A stretch of 64,000 bases of DNA. Source: Octopus sinensis. Taxonomy: Eukaryota. Positions 27,552 to 41,589 of this stretch are shown one piece after another (within the stretch, counting starts at the first letter, position 1; each line of letters opens with the position of its first letter). Made by a program: the position numbers and the translations under genes. The stretch is from positions 32,736,001 through 32,800,000 of the forward strand of contig NC_043007.1 of assembly GCF_006345805.1 (NCBI RefSeq), in the 5' to 3' direction. The notes under the pieces were generated by a model. It worked only from the letters and a program-made list of their open reading frames with translations, made no database searches and was not told the DNA's origin.

Positions 27552-28430
27552 CAGTACTGTGTCTACTGTGCAGATTCTCACCTATCAGCTGGGGTTTTTG
27601 GAACGCAACACCCGTGATAATTGAGGGATTACTGTAATGTGTCTTTCTAAAGATTAAGATAGGCTTTCACTGTAGAGAGAGAAAACTTGATGTATGTTGG
27701 CCATTTTGGGTTTTTTCAATGATGCATACTCACAGCCAATCAAATGGTCGGACGAAAATTTGTCGTCTCTGATAGAGAAAAAAGTGAGTAAAAATCAGGT
27801 TTCCTTGCTTGGCATGTTTGTATACCAGGTGGTGAAACTGTTGGATTAGAACTGGAAAATATTTCCCAACTTCACAATGCTTACGTATTATTGTGAATTA
27901 GAAAGAAAATATGGAAACTTCCCCCACAGAAATACTGTTTACAGATTCAGGGAGCTGTATAAGATGATTCTACCAAATTGGCAGAGATCCTCTGGGCGAG
28001 AGGCCAAAAGGACCAGATAACATTTCTGGAATTATCTTTCATATAATCTTAACCGCATTTTCGCAAACGGCAAAGAGGAATTGCTACAATCCAATCATTC
28101 CGTTTCATGAAGAATGCATTACGTTTTATACACAGCGTATATGTAATTGCTTTGTTGTCTGTTCTAGATATCAGAGATATCGTAAATGACGGTGTCACTA
28201 GCATAGAATGTTATACTACCATCCAACATACATAAAATATAAACAATTGCTATCATATTCTGAAGAGTGCTGCTGTTTGTGAAACACATTGTTCTCCGGT
28301 TTCTTTTGATTTGGTTACCATTGTTGCGTGGCTGTGTTTACTTGTTTACCGGTTTGCTAACCGCGTGTAAAATGATAAACAACACACACGATTGATAGAA
28401 GCTTTATTTGCTGATTATAGTGTTTTTTTT

Positions 28431-28846
28431 GGATCTTTTCGGTTTGAACGGCAGTTTTTTAAAATAATTTCCACGTAACTAAACACTTTTAAACTTCGTA
28501 TACTGGTAGAATGTGTTTATAAAACATCTTTTCTCTTGGTTTTATTGAGAAAATTCTATATGTTGTAGGATATTTGTTGTTTTTTTTCTTCAATTTCTGC
28601 AATTTCAACCAATCAATAGCGTCTATTGAGGTGAAAACATTCTGTACCGTATGAATATGTCCCTCGTTTAAGAAACAGATTGGGTTTATTTACATTTCTG
28701 AAGAAAAAAAGATACCCTTCCCCCCACCCCTAACCCTAACCCTAAAACAGATTGAAATGCAATAGATCGATACTAGGGTCATAATTATGGGTGACAATTT
28801 CATATGACACCGCTAGAAAAAACTGCCGTTCAAACCGAAAAGATCC
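28431..28846. mobile_element. Non-autonomous DNA element with perfect 30-bp TIRs and internal (CCCTAA)3
   Basis: GGATCTTTTCGGTTTGAACGGCAGTTTTTT at 28431-28460 and its reverse complement at 28817-28846; superfamily not identified. Confidence 0.8.
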
Positions 28847-29418
28847 ATACATTGTTCTCCGGTTTCTTTTGATTTGGTTCCCATTGTTGCGTGGCTGTGT
28901 TTACTTGTTTACCGATTTGCTGGCTGCGTGTAAAATGATAAACAACACATAAACAATTGATAGAAGCTTTATTTGCTGATTGTAGTGTCTTTTGTGTTGG
29001 TCTTTGGATGAAGAATAAAGACACTTTTTACACACTGGGAGAAACAAACTCTGGGGTCAACGACAAAATAGCTGGTATGTATCGATCTGTGGTAGGCCAT
29101 CACAACAACCAGGGAAACATCGCACTAAAATCATGATGGTGAATCTGTACTTTCAATCTGCATGGCTGCTGAATGAGAACATGAAAATGGAGTTGTTAAA
29201 ACAGCGTCTTGGTATTCTGAGCTTACCGCTAAAAATCCACCTTTTATAAAGTGCATTAGAAGATTCTAGAAAGTCGAATCATGTAATGGCTTGACGCTTA
29301 TTGATCAGTTAAGTGACCGATCATGTAAAACAGTAGTGAACTTGACATGGCATTCGCATGGCTGGTCAGCGATTCGAAGTCGAATCTGCTACACCATCAA
29401 CCAATTGGTTGCATCTCA

Positions 29419-29572
29419 TGACTGCTGTGTCGCCATTTCTCGGTGTATTTCAACCAGAAAAATGTTCACTTCAAGAGAATAACAAGCTACATAATGCAAA
29501 ATGTTTACTTTTCAAAAATTCCAATTCTAAAGGGTTGAAACAAACCCGAGCAACGCCGGGCAATACTGCTAG
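29419..29572 (+). mobile_element. Helitron 3' end shared with 12648-12800
   Basis: ~155 bp highly similar to the 12.7 kb copy, same hairpin and CTAG|T end. Confidence 0.7.
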
Positions 29573-29909
29573 TATATATATATATATTATATATATATCA
29601 TCAATTGTATCGTTTCCCCGATCTAGATCTGGAAATATATTACAGGAATATATACCGAAAGTATGTTTTTATTAAAAATATCATTAGTTAAGTTAACTCA
29701 CCAATGCAAATAAAGTTGTGTTTATACAAAATATAATACCGAGGCCCTTATCACACTAAATATATCTTCTTTCATCTCCGGAAACATTGATGGTCGCATA
29801 AAATATTTATTTCAAAGATTTATCTTCGACATTGGTACGCATATTCTTCGGCATTACTGCACACGTGCGGCTTTAAAGACTATTTTAAGAGAGTAATTTT
29901 ACATAGATA

Positions 29910-30345
29910 CAAGTCACATGGCTTCTCTCTTATGATGTATCTGTGAGAAATTGTCACAATTTCGAGCGACAGTTATCACAACAATATGGCTTCCTTCTTG
30001 TCTGAATAATACATTTATGAAAATTTAAGTCTCTATTTTTAAGAGAATGTTGCACTACATGTCTCACCGATATGGCTTCATCCTCGTGTGGATACGTTTA
30101 TGTATAGTAAAGTCATCATAACGATATGACTTCATTCTTGTATGAATATATTTGTGAACATCTAAGTCTCCATTTTAAGAGAACGACACTCCACAAATAT
30201 AACTAAAAGTAATATGGCTTCATCTTCGTATAAATACGTTTACGTCTAGTTAAGTCTTACTGATTTACCACAGTCATCACAATGGTGTATATTTTCTTTT
30301 GATGTTTGTTAGAAGTTAAGCTGCTACTTTGAGAAAATGATTTGG
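29910..30345 (-). pseudogene. Decayed tandem C2H2 zinc-finger array (about 5-6 finger remnants)
   Basis: Minus-strand fragments KSFSQSSSLTS, HCDDCGKS, KRIYTKMKPYY, CGVSFS*NGDLDVHKYIHTRMKSY, HKRIHTRMKPY; recurrent ATATGGCTTC linker on +; multiple stops and frameshifts. Confidence 0.8.
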
Positions 30346-31029
30346 TGGAATTCTGCTTTATGCACGACATATGAACCCCTCATGACTTTTTTTAGTTGTT
30401 TGGAATTTTCAGAAAATTTTTGTGAATTTGTATTTTACATATGGGATTTCATAGGATTATGCAAAAAAAAAAAAAAGATTGGTGCATGATTTAAGGCCTA
30501 TTCAGCTGTTATTTTAGCACAAACAAACTACCCTCATGCCACATGTGTTTTAAACATGTGGTAAACAGTCTGGTAACAACTTGGCTTGTTACTATGGAAA
30601 CCTGCACCTATATGTCTGTGGTTTTCGATTGGCTAAAATTACCCAAAATGTGCAAACTTCAAAAGTGATTAACTCTTTATTTATGGCGAGAAATGAATTT
30701 CATGTCAATGATTAGCATACAAATCTACACCATTACACCAAATAGCAAATCTATTGGAGCAGAAACTGAAGAAATTGAAAAGAGGGAACCAAACAGAAAA
30801 GATTCTTTGCCATTAAGTATGTGGAAGGTGGAAGATAACTGGCGCAAGGCCCGCACGAAATAAAATTACCGATGTCTGTTTGTGATTGTGTGAACGAGAG
30901 AAGAGAGAAGAGAGAGAGAGAGAGGAGGGAATCTCTGACTTCTATGAAGTGAACTGTCTACAAGAGTTTTCTGCCAGCTTTAGTAGTAGCAGTAGTAATA
31001 ACAACAACAACAACAACAACAATAATAGA

Positions 31030-31200
31030 GCACCCAGTAGAACTGTTAGAAAAGGTTTGTCTCCTTGGCACAGCCAGAATAATCAGGAAAGTATTAGATA
31101 GCTGAAAAGAATGGATAGCATGGTACCGTAGGCTGCAAGTAGCAAGCCCGCTCCAGGAGTTCCAACAAAACCCGTGATAAAGAGAAAAAAATAAAAACAA
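31030..31200 (+). mobile_element. R4/Dong-type 3' end
   Basis: LLEKVCLLGTARIIRKVLDS* (stop 31103-31105) next to (AAC/AAT)n. Confidence 0.7.
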
Positions 31201-31254
31201 GGGTTTCAAATTTTTCCACAAGTGTAGCAATTTTTTTTTGGGGTGGGGGGGGAG

Positions 31255-31770
31255 GATGAGTCGATTAAATTGAACCTAGTGTTCAACTGGTACTTATTTT
31301 ATTGACCCCGAAAGGATGAAAGGCAAAGTCGATGAAAGGCAAAGTCGACTGGTGGAATTTGAACTGAGAAGTAGCGATGGATGAAATACTGCTAAGCATT
31401 TCGTCCAGCGTCCAAACGATTCTTATTTCTTTACTGCCCACAAGGGGCTACACACAGAGGGGACAAACAAATTGATTCAGTCGATTATATTGATCCCAGT
31501 GCATAACTGGTACTTATTTAATCGACCCCGAAAGGATGAAAGGCAAAGTCGACCTCGGCGGAATTGGAACTCAGAACGTAGCGGCAGACGAAATACCTAT
31601 TTCTTTACTATCCACAAGGGGCCAAACACAGAGGGGACAAACAAGGACAGACAAACAGATTAAGTCGATTATATCAACCCTAGTGTGTAACTGGTACTTA
31701 TTTAATCGACCCCGAAAGACAGACGAAATATCGCTAAGCATTTCACCTGGCGTGCTAACGATTCTTCCAG
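31255..31770 (-). repeat. Family B SINE multimer
   Basis: Junctions at ~31423 and ~31597. Confidence 0.8.
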
Positions 31771-32177
31771 CACGCCACCCTAATAACAACAATAATAGCA
31801 ACAATGATGATGATGATGATGATGATGAGATGGTGATGAGATGGTGTTGGGGTGGTGCCTTACATAACAAAAACAACAACAATAATAATGATAATAATAA
31901 TAATAATGCTGTCAAGTAGCTTCTTATGTGTAAGATTCTCATAGAGATGTTGGTAAATTGGATCCCGGCTATTCATCAGGATAACATCCCACGCCCACCC
32001 CTTAGACACCCTCTTCCTTCTACGCCTCCTTCTGCCAACTCCCCCGCCCCATCTTTTAAGATCTTATCTTTTGTTTCGTTTAGAAAACATATACCTTTAT
32101 TACCTTTCCTCTTGGAGACGGTGGCGGCGGTGATGTGGGGATGCTGGTTATCTGAGGGCAGCGGTGGAGATGGCGTA

Positions 32178-32336
<159 letters not shown>

Positions 32337-32351
32337 TATATATATATAATA

Positions 32352-32385
<34 letters not shown>

Positions 32386-33109
32386 TATTATATATATAGT
32401 ATATAATATATTATATATATATATATAATATATATATATATGCTGGAACTAGTAATGTTGGTTAGCTGGTGATGGTGGTGGTGGTGGTGGTGATGATGAT
32501 GATGATGGTGATGATATTAATGATGGTGGTGGTGGTGGTCGTGTCGGGGGTTTGCTAGTATGCTATAAATTACCAGCAAACCACATGGTTCGGTTATGTA
32601 AGAGTTACGATTAAACTATCCGAAGATTTGTATACAAGGGCGACAGGGTTTCTTTAAAAGCGTATAATATTTATTAAACACAACCAAGACAGGGAACTGG
32701 TTGAATTGGTAGAGCGTCCGACAAAAATACCGTGTGGTATTACTCGCAGATCCTTACGGTCTGGGTTCAAATCCTGTCGAGGTTAACATTGCGTTTCGTC
32801 CTTTTGAGGTCGATAAAATAAACCCCCTGTCAAGTAGTGGGATTGTCCTAATCGGCTTGCATCCCTCCCCTCAAAATTACTGGCCTTGTGCCAAAATTTG
32901 AAAACCATTAATATTATTAAAGTGGCAAGGGTGGCGAGTTGGCAGAGTTGTTAGCGCGCCGAACAAAATGCTTAGCAGCATTTTATCCGTTCTTAAGTTC
33001 TGAGTTCAAATTCTGCCGAGGTCGATTGTAATTAACCAGTCCTCTCCTCCGAAATTTCAAGCCTTGTGCCTTTAGTAGAAAAGATTATTATTATTATCAT
33101 CATCATCAT

Positions 33110-33318
33110 TGCCTTTGCACAGCTTCTAACACTGGAGATGTATTACAGTGTCAGCTGTTCATTACCAGTGAACTAAGGTAACACCTCTTATTTTTCGAGC
33201 ACCTTATAGAATATTCGAGAGGTTCCAAGCAGTGCTGTTTTCTGCAAGTGCTCCACCTTTATTGCAGCCCCTATTTGCTCCATGTACTTCTCGAGATTTT
33301 TACTCACTGTTCCCATAA
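33110..33318 (-). mobile_element. R4/Dong-type non-LTR retrotransposon 3' end
   Basis: NLEKYMEQIGAAIKVEHLQKTALLGTSRIFYKVLEK* followed by 3' UTR and (GAT)/(AAT)n tail. Confidence 0.8.
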
Positions 33319-34552
33319 AGAAATGGTAGAAGGGAAATATTAGTTAATATGGCGTTTATTTCATCATTACAATATAAGAAGCAGCTTCTTCGAGTTGTTG
33401 ATGTACAAATATTTCTTGTAGTTCGGCTATCTGTCCTGTAGGTGGTTAAGTTCATCTTTTGTTGACTGCTAGAACAGATGGGAGGAGAGTGAAAGACTAA
33501 GAGAAGTCACCTCTCTGGCTGGATAAGTGGAGAGAGTGAAAGTTGTGGAGTCCTACAGTGACAAGCCATTACAAAAGAGACCCTTCCTGAAATAGGCAAA
33601 AGAGATGGAATTGAGTTAGGGTACTTTATTTATACAAGTTGCAAAACTAGATGTAGGTCGGAGAACAACGGGAAGTAAATTAGTTTGTCTCTGTTAAACT
33701 GTAATTTACTCAAAAATGTTAACTTAAACAATAGAACTTTATGTATGACAGTTGACCCTCATAAATTCTAAGTGCTAATGTGTCGAGATCAACAAGAAGG
33801 AACTCGCAGAAAAATCTCGGCTAAGGTTTTGATTCCTGGCTAAGAATCCAAGAAGCAATTCGCTACATATATATATCGCAAAAGTTTAATATTTAGTCCT
33901 CTCTGTTATACATTCATATCTATGTGTGTATGTAGGTATATGTGTGTAGAATACATCCCCACTATTGGCACTATTTGTTAGTAAACAGTACGAACTGTGT
34001 CCAAAGCGGATACACACAATGTGTATCACTCCACTGTATATTGACAGTTCCTAAACAGGATAAGCAAAACAAACACGTAAAACAATAACAATGCCTTCAT
34101 TGAGTTGTCTATCATCCCATCACGAACGAAACGATGCATAACACTCTCCTAACGAAATAAAGTATTGTCTCAAATTTTCTACACTGTTGCAGTTTTGTAT
34201 ACTAATGACGAAAAGCATATTTATTTTCTCTAGAAATTAATAACAATACAAGGTACACGCCTTTAAAGTTATTTAACCATAGCCTATCGGTCGGAAGAAA
34301 TTTCAAAAAAAGAATTTTATTCTCCTAGAAATGTAACTTTGTATATTTCAAACATACACACGCGTACGTACTACACGCATGCATGAGCGAGCGCGTGTTT
34401 ACATATAACTAAAGCTATTAACGAAGACACCTTTGTCTGCCAAACTTAAAAGTATTCCAGTTGCCGAAACTCACCATCCATTAAGCGTCGGGTAGATTAT
34501 AGGAAATATCTTATCACGACATATTCATATCATATATCATATATTAGATCAT

Positions 34553-34594
<42 letters not shown>

Positions 34595-34619
34595 ATCTTG
34601 CAAAACGAATTGATAAATC

Positions 34620-34680
<61 letters not shown>

Positions 34681-35519
34681 TCTCTCTCTCTAGCCATCTA
34701 TCTATCAACCTATCAATCTATCTCTATTGGTATATAAGATTATAGGTAGCGCAAACGATGAAAGAGAATCTTATCTGTTAGCGTTCTGCAGGAAATGATG
34801 CCAATAATATCAGAATCTTCAAAGACTTTATACTGAGAACATAAATAAATAAAAGAATGCCAATATCTTCAGAAACCACAAGAAATCTATTGGAATCATC
34901 AAAGCTGGTTCCAGCGATGTACTAATGATAATGAAAAGCCGTCATTTCATTCATTTGCATAACCTTTTCACCGTTTTTGAAAGGTTTTTTCCGCGTGACA
35001 CAGACTTCCGTTTCGAAACAACAAATCGTTTTTCACCTTCCTACAGCTTTTCTTTTATTGGCTTCGATCATTGGACTGCAGCCATGCCAGGGTACCGGCT
35101 TCAAGGGTTTTAGTCGAATAAATAGACCCCGGTGTTTATGTTTCTCTTTTAGGTCTGGTTCTTATTCTGTCGGTGTCTTTTGTTGAACTGCTAAGTTATG
35201 GGAAGGTAAATAAACGCACCCTGTTTGTCAAGCAGTGGTTGAGGACAAACATTAATACAAAGACACACATATACAAACATATCTGCATCCTTCAAAACTT
35301 CCATGCTTTCTGAGATTCGCCAATACTACACCTGATTTTCTCCCCTCCATACACACGCAAGCATGTATCTGACTCATACACTGTTCACTTCCCAGACATT
35401 TGTACATTACTACATATGCTTTATACGCACTTTTGACAAGTTGTGGTGCACCTGAGCACCGTATACAATAATTTCATTATACATACATACATTCATGCAC
35501 ACATGCACACACACACAAA

Positions 35520-35581
<62 letters not shown>

Positions 35582-36600
35582 ACGGAATTTCAAAATACGG
35601 TTTTCATCTTCTAAATTCACTCATAAAACACTGCTTGGTTCGGGTCTACTGTTGAGGGCACTTGCCCGAGGTGTGTTGCACAGGGAAATTGAACCTGAAA
35701 GCATGTGGTTGCAAAGCGAGTTTCCTAACCACACAACCATAGCCACACCTATGAACAGCAAGATGATGTAAATCTTTGTTTAGTGAGAGAAAAATAGGTG
35801 CCACATGTGTCCTTATAACTGCAGACACTCACAAAGCATTCACACATTAATACATACATGCATACATAGATACATACATATATACATACATGCATACATA
35901 CATACTTGCATAGATACATACATACTTATATACATCCGTACATATATATATGCATATATACATTTATACATACATACATGCATACATACACACATCCATC
36001 CATCCATCCATCCATCCATCCATCCATCCATCCATACATACATACACACATACATACATACATACATACATACATACATACATACATACATACATACATA
36101 CATACATGTAATCTGGAGGTAATCTATATAGTTAAATACAGACGTATTCAAAAGTATCATACGGAAATATATTTGCTAGCATTTAATCTAGGTGTAATCT
36201 ATAAACTTTTGTGCAAACAAAAAATGTGGTCTACATATATTCCACAAACTTATCTGCAAAGCATGTAATCTGTATGTAATAAAAATGTAAACTATAAAGA
36301 TATATACACAGAGATGGAAATCATAAACGTAATGGCTCAGGCTATAATGTTGGTCATTCAACTACAACTACAGCACTTTCTCGGCGACTGAACATGCGTT
36401 TACAATAAGGTGCCAATGGAACGCATTTCATTACACGCTACAATACCAGAAAGAGGAGAGAGAGAGAAAGAAAGAGAAAGAGAGAGAGAGAGAGAGAAAC
36501 AACAGTGTATTAACCATAAAAGTTATATATATATATGCATACATATATACATATACATACATACATATTCATACATACATACATATATATATATACACAC

Positions 36601-36635
<35 letters not shown>

Positions 36636-36866
36636 TGTATGTATGTATGTATGTATGTATGGATAGATGGATGGATGGATGTATAATATGCTCAAAGCAA
36701 AGATTAACATAATAGATAGCACCGGTGAAAGAAGTGCTGACGTACAGGTAATAAATTCTAAATCTAGTGATAACGACATCATCATTAACATAACTTCATT
36801 CCAGTAATTCTTACTTACTAAATTACATGTTGGTTCGTACGCACACGTGTGCACACACACACACAC

Positions 36867-36899
<33 letters not shown>

Positions 36900-37662
36900 C
36901 GCACACACACACAAGTTTCAGTTTTGTATTTGGTTTGCAAGTTTCTTGACGTGAACCAATAATAAACACATGCTCTGGTTCAGATTCACTTCTTTTTTTG
37001 TTTTTTTTTTACTGTCCATTGGTTAACAATTTGGCCAATTAATTTGATTAATCGTTTCGTCAGTTAATCAGCAAGGTTCATCAAAGTACTTTTATCGCCA
37101 ATCGCGAGGGAACTGAAGCAAACCCGGAGTAAAGAAAGCACGTCATTGAGGAGGTCACGGATGGTGTGACAAAAGGAGTTTGAGATGCCAGGCTGAATTA
37201 TTGGTTGAACGGACGATTAATCAAACAATTGATCAGTTAAATGGTTCAATGTTTCACCAACTGACTCCCCCTCCCACCAAATAAAAAAAATAAATAAATG
37301 AAAGAAGTGAAAGAACCAGTGCGTATCTTTATTATTGGCATAATGACCCTCCCAGTACAGGGATTTATATATATATTTTTAACTGTAGTTTCAGCTCAGA
37401 GCTGCAGCCATGCTGATGCACCACCGTTTGAAAGCAAAGTCAACCTCAGCGGAATTTGAACTCAGAACGTAACGGCAGACGAAATACCGCTAATCATAAC
37501 TGTTCAACGCACTACGCAAAAAATTCTTCTATACACATGCTGACATAGAACCAACGTTGAATCCTCTATTTGCAATATTACCGAAACTGGAACTATAGCA
37601 CTTATTCAGCATTACCTGACACCTTTGGGTCTCAATGACACCATTATCTCTTATAACCTTAA

Positions 37663-37730
<68 letters not shown>

Positions 37731-37749
37731 ATATATATAATATATATAA

Positions 37750-37960
37750 GTGCTGAAAAGTTCCTGGCTTAAGAGTATTGCAAAAGGCCAGGTTACAGTC
37801 CAAATTTCCGAGTCCTTTTACGGGGCTTAGAAAAACTGAAGGACCGCTGCAATAAGTGTGTGAGTCTGAGAGGGGAATACGTTGAATAAAATCATAAATA
37901 ACTGATCCTCCTGTGTTTTCTTTTACCCAAAGCCAGAACCTTTTCAGCCAGAACCTCGTA
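37750..37960 (+). mobile_element. Mariner-derived MITE (second family)
   Basis: Imperfect inverted ends GTGCTGAAAAGTTCCTGGCTT / AAGCCAGAACCTTTTCAGC; internal GLEKLKDRCNKCVSLRGEYVE* resembles mariner C-terminus; abuts (TA)n. Confidence 0.75.
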
Positions 37961-38051
37961 TATCACTGCATAGCTTTCACGTCTTCTCTCTAGCTTATCT
38001 GGTTCGCCGAGCCAATCTTCTTTGTGTAGTGGCACTGGATTGCCTCAAATT

Positions 38052-38332
38052 CGACCTCGGCGGAATTTGAACTCAGAACGTAGAGGAAGACGAAATACCT
38101 ATTTCTTTACTGCCGACAAGGGGTTAAACACAGTGGGGGCAAACAAGGACAGACAAACGGATTAAGGCGATTACATCGACCCCAGGGCGTAACTGGTACT
38201 TATTTAATCGACCCCGATAGGATGAAAGGCAAATTCGACCTCGGCGGGATTTGAACTCAGAACGTAACGGCAGACGAAATACCGCTAAGCATTTCGCCCG
38301 GCGTGCTAACGTTTCTGCCAGCTCGCCGCCTT
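38052..38332 (-). mobile_element. Family B SINE dimer
   Basis: Junction GACGAAATAC|CTATTTCTTTA at ~38099. Confidence 0.82.
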
Positions 38333-38829
38333 CTTTAACATAGTAAAAACATCACCGCTGCCTCGGAGTTACTTAAGTTAGTTTAAAGCTAAGGGAGTAA
38401 ACTCTGAAAGGAAATCTGGGGCATAGTCCCACGCGTAGACATTTACTTTACTCAACACTATTCTGGCACCTACTACAGTCATTCAGTATCAAACGTATTC
38501 GTAATACCGCTTGTTTAAATATTACCAGCGTAGTAACCCAGGTTCCCAATACCCTTGTCCAGGTTAACATCCTTGAGAAATAGCTCCAGCAGCAAAAACA
38601 GTCCCCGACTTCCTACGCAACCGCTGAGCCTGGATGCGCATGCATCCATCCGTCGATGCTCTCGGTGTCGAGGGTTGACCTGCTTTCTCTTCTGCGGGTC
38701 TTACGAATAGCAAAGGACCACGTTTCGGACTTCTCCCACTGCGAGCTCTGGGACGAAGACCGCTGCGCTCAACAGCAACAGCAAAAATAACATAAGAACA
38801 ACAGTTACTGGTTCAAAGCCTTTAACTAG

Positions 38830-39560
38830 AAATGGGGTTCGTCCTACGATCGTCAGGATAAGATCTTCGTCGATTGAAACAATAGTAGAATGTTTATGAA
38901 TCTTGAGTTCACTGTGGGACAAGGCCTTCATCGATCCATTATGGCCCGCTTTTATGAATAACAAACCCAATGATATTCTACACATTAATATAAATAGAGT
39001 AACAGAGGGGTGAGGTCCGCACTGTGCGATGTTTTCATGGGAGCGACACTTTTGGGTCTGGTGTATAAATCTTACATGGGGAGCGAATGAGGACGGGGGT
39101 GACAAACTGAAGGGTTCCCCATGGCGGCACACTCTCTAACCATGTCACTGGCTCTACACAACTTTTAGTAATTTCCCAGCACCTCCGGAGATTGAATTAC
39201 CTATTCTTATCTTTCGGGCGACACATCCGTTTTTATATATTTGTTCTCTCGAAGACTCAATTTATTTTCTCCTCTGGAAGGAGGAATTCATTATTTTGTT
39301 GAAGGGATTCATTTATTCAATGTCTTCGGCTTCAAACTCCAGAGAGATTTTGGCCCGGGTTAGATCTCTCTCCACCTGGCTATGCCATTGGTGGGATGTG
39401 ATTTGAAGGACTTTGGCTGTTGTTCATAGCCTTTTGAGCAACTACGAAGAATACCTTTTGTTCATGTTGTCTCTATTAACATTGCAGGTCCAGTTGGTAT
39501 CACTCAACCAACTGGTAGAGAAAGACATCGTCTCCAGTAAGATCAGGAGATCGAAATTTC
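38830..39560 (-). mobile_element. Degraded Penelope-like element fragment
   Basis: EEKIN*VFERTNI*KRMCRPKDK and LLYLY*CVEYHWVCYS*KRAIMDR resemble the PLE linker/GIY-YIG region; decayed hammerhead-like motif directly downstream (38856-38837). Confidence 0.45.
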
Positions 39561-40085
39561 CGGACAACATTCACGGGTGCATCTAAGTAACGGATATAAA
39601 GACACGAAATTATGACTCAAAATGTTGCTTATTTTCTGTCTTAACAATGTCACAATTTTATTAAGTTAATTAGCGATTCTCTTATCATTACATTGGCAAT
39701 TGCGGTGAAGTCTAAATTTCACTGACGAAGTCGGAAAAATACAAAATCTGTCCTGAGTTGCCTCCCGTCCTTGCCGAAATATTAAAAATAATATCGGTTT
39801 TTAACATTTATTTGATAAAGCTATAAATCTGGAGAAGAGAATAGTTAATTAGATCTATGCCGGTTTTTGGCTGGTATACTAATTTATTGATCACGGAAAA
39901 ATGAAAGGCAAAACCAACATCGTTATGATTCGAACTCAGACCGTTCTAAGAGACTGTTGGACATTTTACCTCTGCTCCAGCGATACTTTCGATCCAGTAC
40001 TCATTGTCTAATACTGTTTTCCCTTGCAATAGTATTATTTCAAGTTAGTTTTTCTAATAGTCTCTTTATTATGGTAACACTAATT

Positions 40086-40485
40086 AAGGCGGCGAGCTGG
40101 CAAAATTGTTGTCATTACGCTCTGAGTTAAAATTCCGCCGAAGTCGATTTTGCCTTTCATCCTTTCGGGGTCGATTAAATAAGTAGCAGTTACGCACTGG
40201 GGTCGATATAATCGACTTAATACCTTTGTCTGTCCTTGTTTTTTCCCCTCTATGTTTAGCTCCTTGTGGGCAATAAAGAAATAAGAATCGTTAGCACGCC
40301 GGGCGAAATGCTTACCGGTATTTCGTCTGCGGCTACGTTCTGAGTTCAAATTCCGCCGAGGTCGACTTTGCCTTTCATTCTTTCGGGGTCTATTAAATAA
40401 GTACCAGGGAAATACTGGAGACGATGTAATCGACAAGTCCTCTCCCCCATAATATGAGGTCTTGGGCCTCCAGTAGAAAGGATTA
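40086..40485 (+). mobile_element. Family B SINE dimer
   Basis: Junction AAAGAAATA|AGAATCGTT at ~40283. Confidence 0.82.
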
Positions 40486-40580
40486 TGTTAACACCTCAAC
40501 ATTTTTGTTTTAGGCAGAATCAGCGATTCTCAATCAATAGCTAATTTAACCCCGGGAGCAAAATTTCACATGGCAGAGAG

Positions 40581-40629
<49 letters not shown>

Positions 40630-41326
40630 ATTCCACAAGATTCGTATCGCATTCTACGTCAAACTTCTTACAGAAGTATCTCTATATAAGAATCATATAG
40701 ACGTATGAATGGATGGACGGATAGATAGAGAGAAAGCCAGACAGATAAACCAACAGACACATAGATAGACAGACTAATAGACACATAGATATATAGATAG
40801 ACAGGTAGATGTATAGATAGGTAGATAGATATGCGTAGCGTAGGGTTTATTTTCCAGCGATGAACTTTAAAATCGATCAGAAAAGCGCAAAGCCGGTCCT
40901 TCAGGAACCAAATTACACGAGGTATACTGAATGACTGATACTCCGGCGCAGTAGACTCAGAAATGCAGTAAATCAATGACTGGGCCATTGGGAACTTAGT
41001 AACGAGGTCATTGCTCGACAACTGCCACGTTAAATTAATCAAGGGAGGCAACTGAGATTTAAACGACGGGAGATTATCTTTCCACCCTGGAAGTGTAATT
41101 AGCAGTTAATATATCCGTTAATCTCTCTTTATCTCAGGTCATATGTGTGAGTGTGCCTTGTGAGTAATTAACGTGGGTGTCTGTGCTGTGATATGTGTGT
41201 GTGTGTGTAGTTATTCCTGTACGTAAGCATGTTGTATGTATATACATACCTCTCTGTGTGTCTGTCTCTCTCTGGTCAAACCGTCCAACACATGCCAGCA
41301 TAGAAAACGGACGTTAAACGATGATG

Positions 41327-41376
<50 letters not shown>

Positions 41377-41497
41377 CGCACACACACTCATATATATATA
41401 TATAAGACATATGTCGAGAGTAAAGGAATTTTGTTAGCATCTTCGTTCGACTCCATTCTTTCATTTATCATATATATATATAATACATAGATATATG

Positions 41498-41552
<55 letters not shown>

Positions 41553-41589
41553 GTGTGTGTGTGTATATATAAGTATATATTTATATGTT

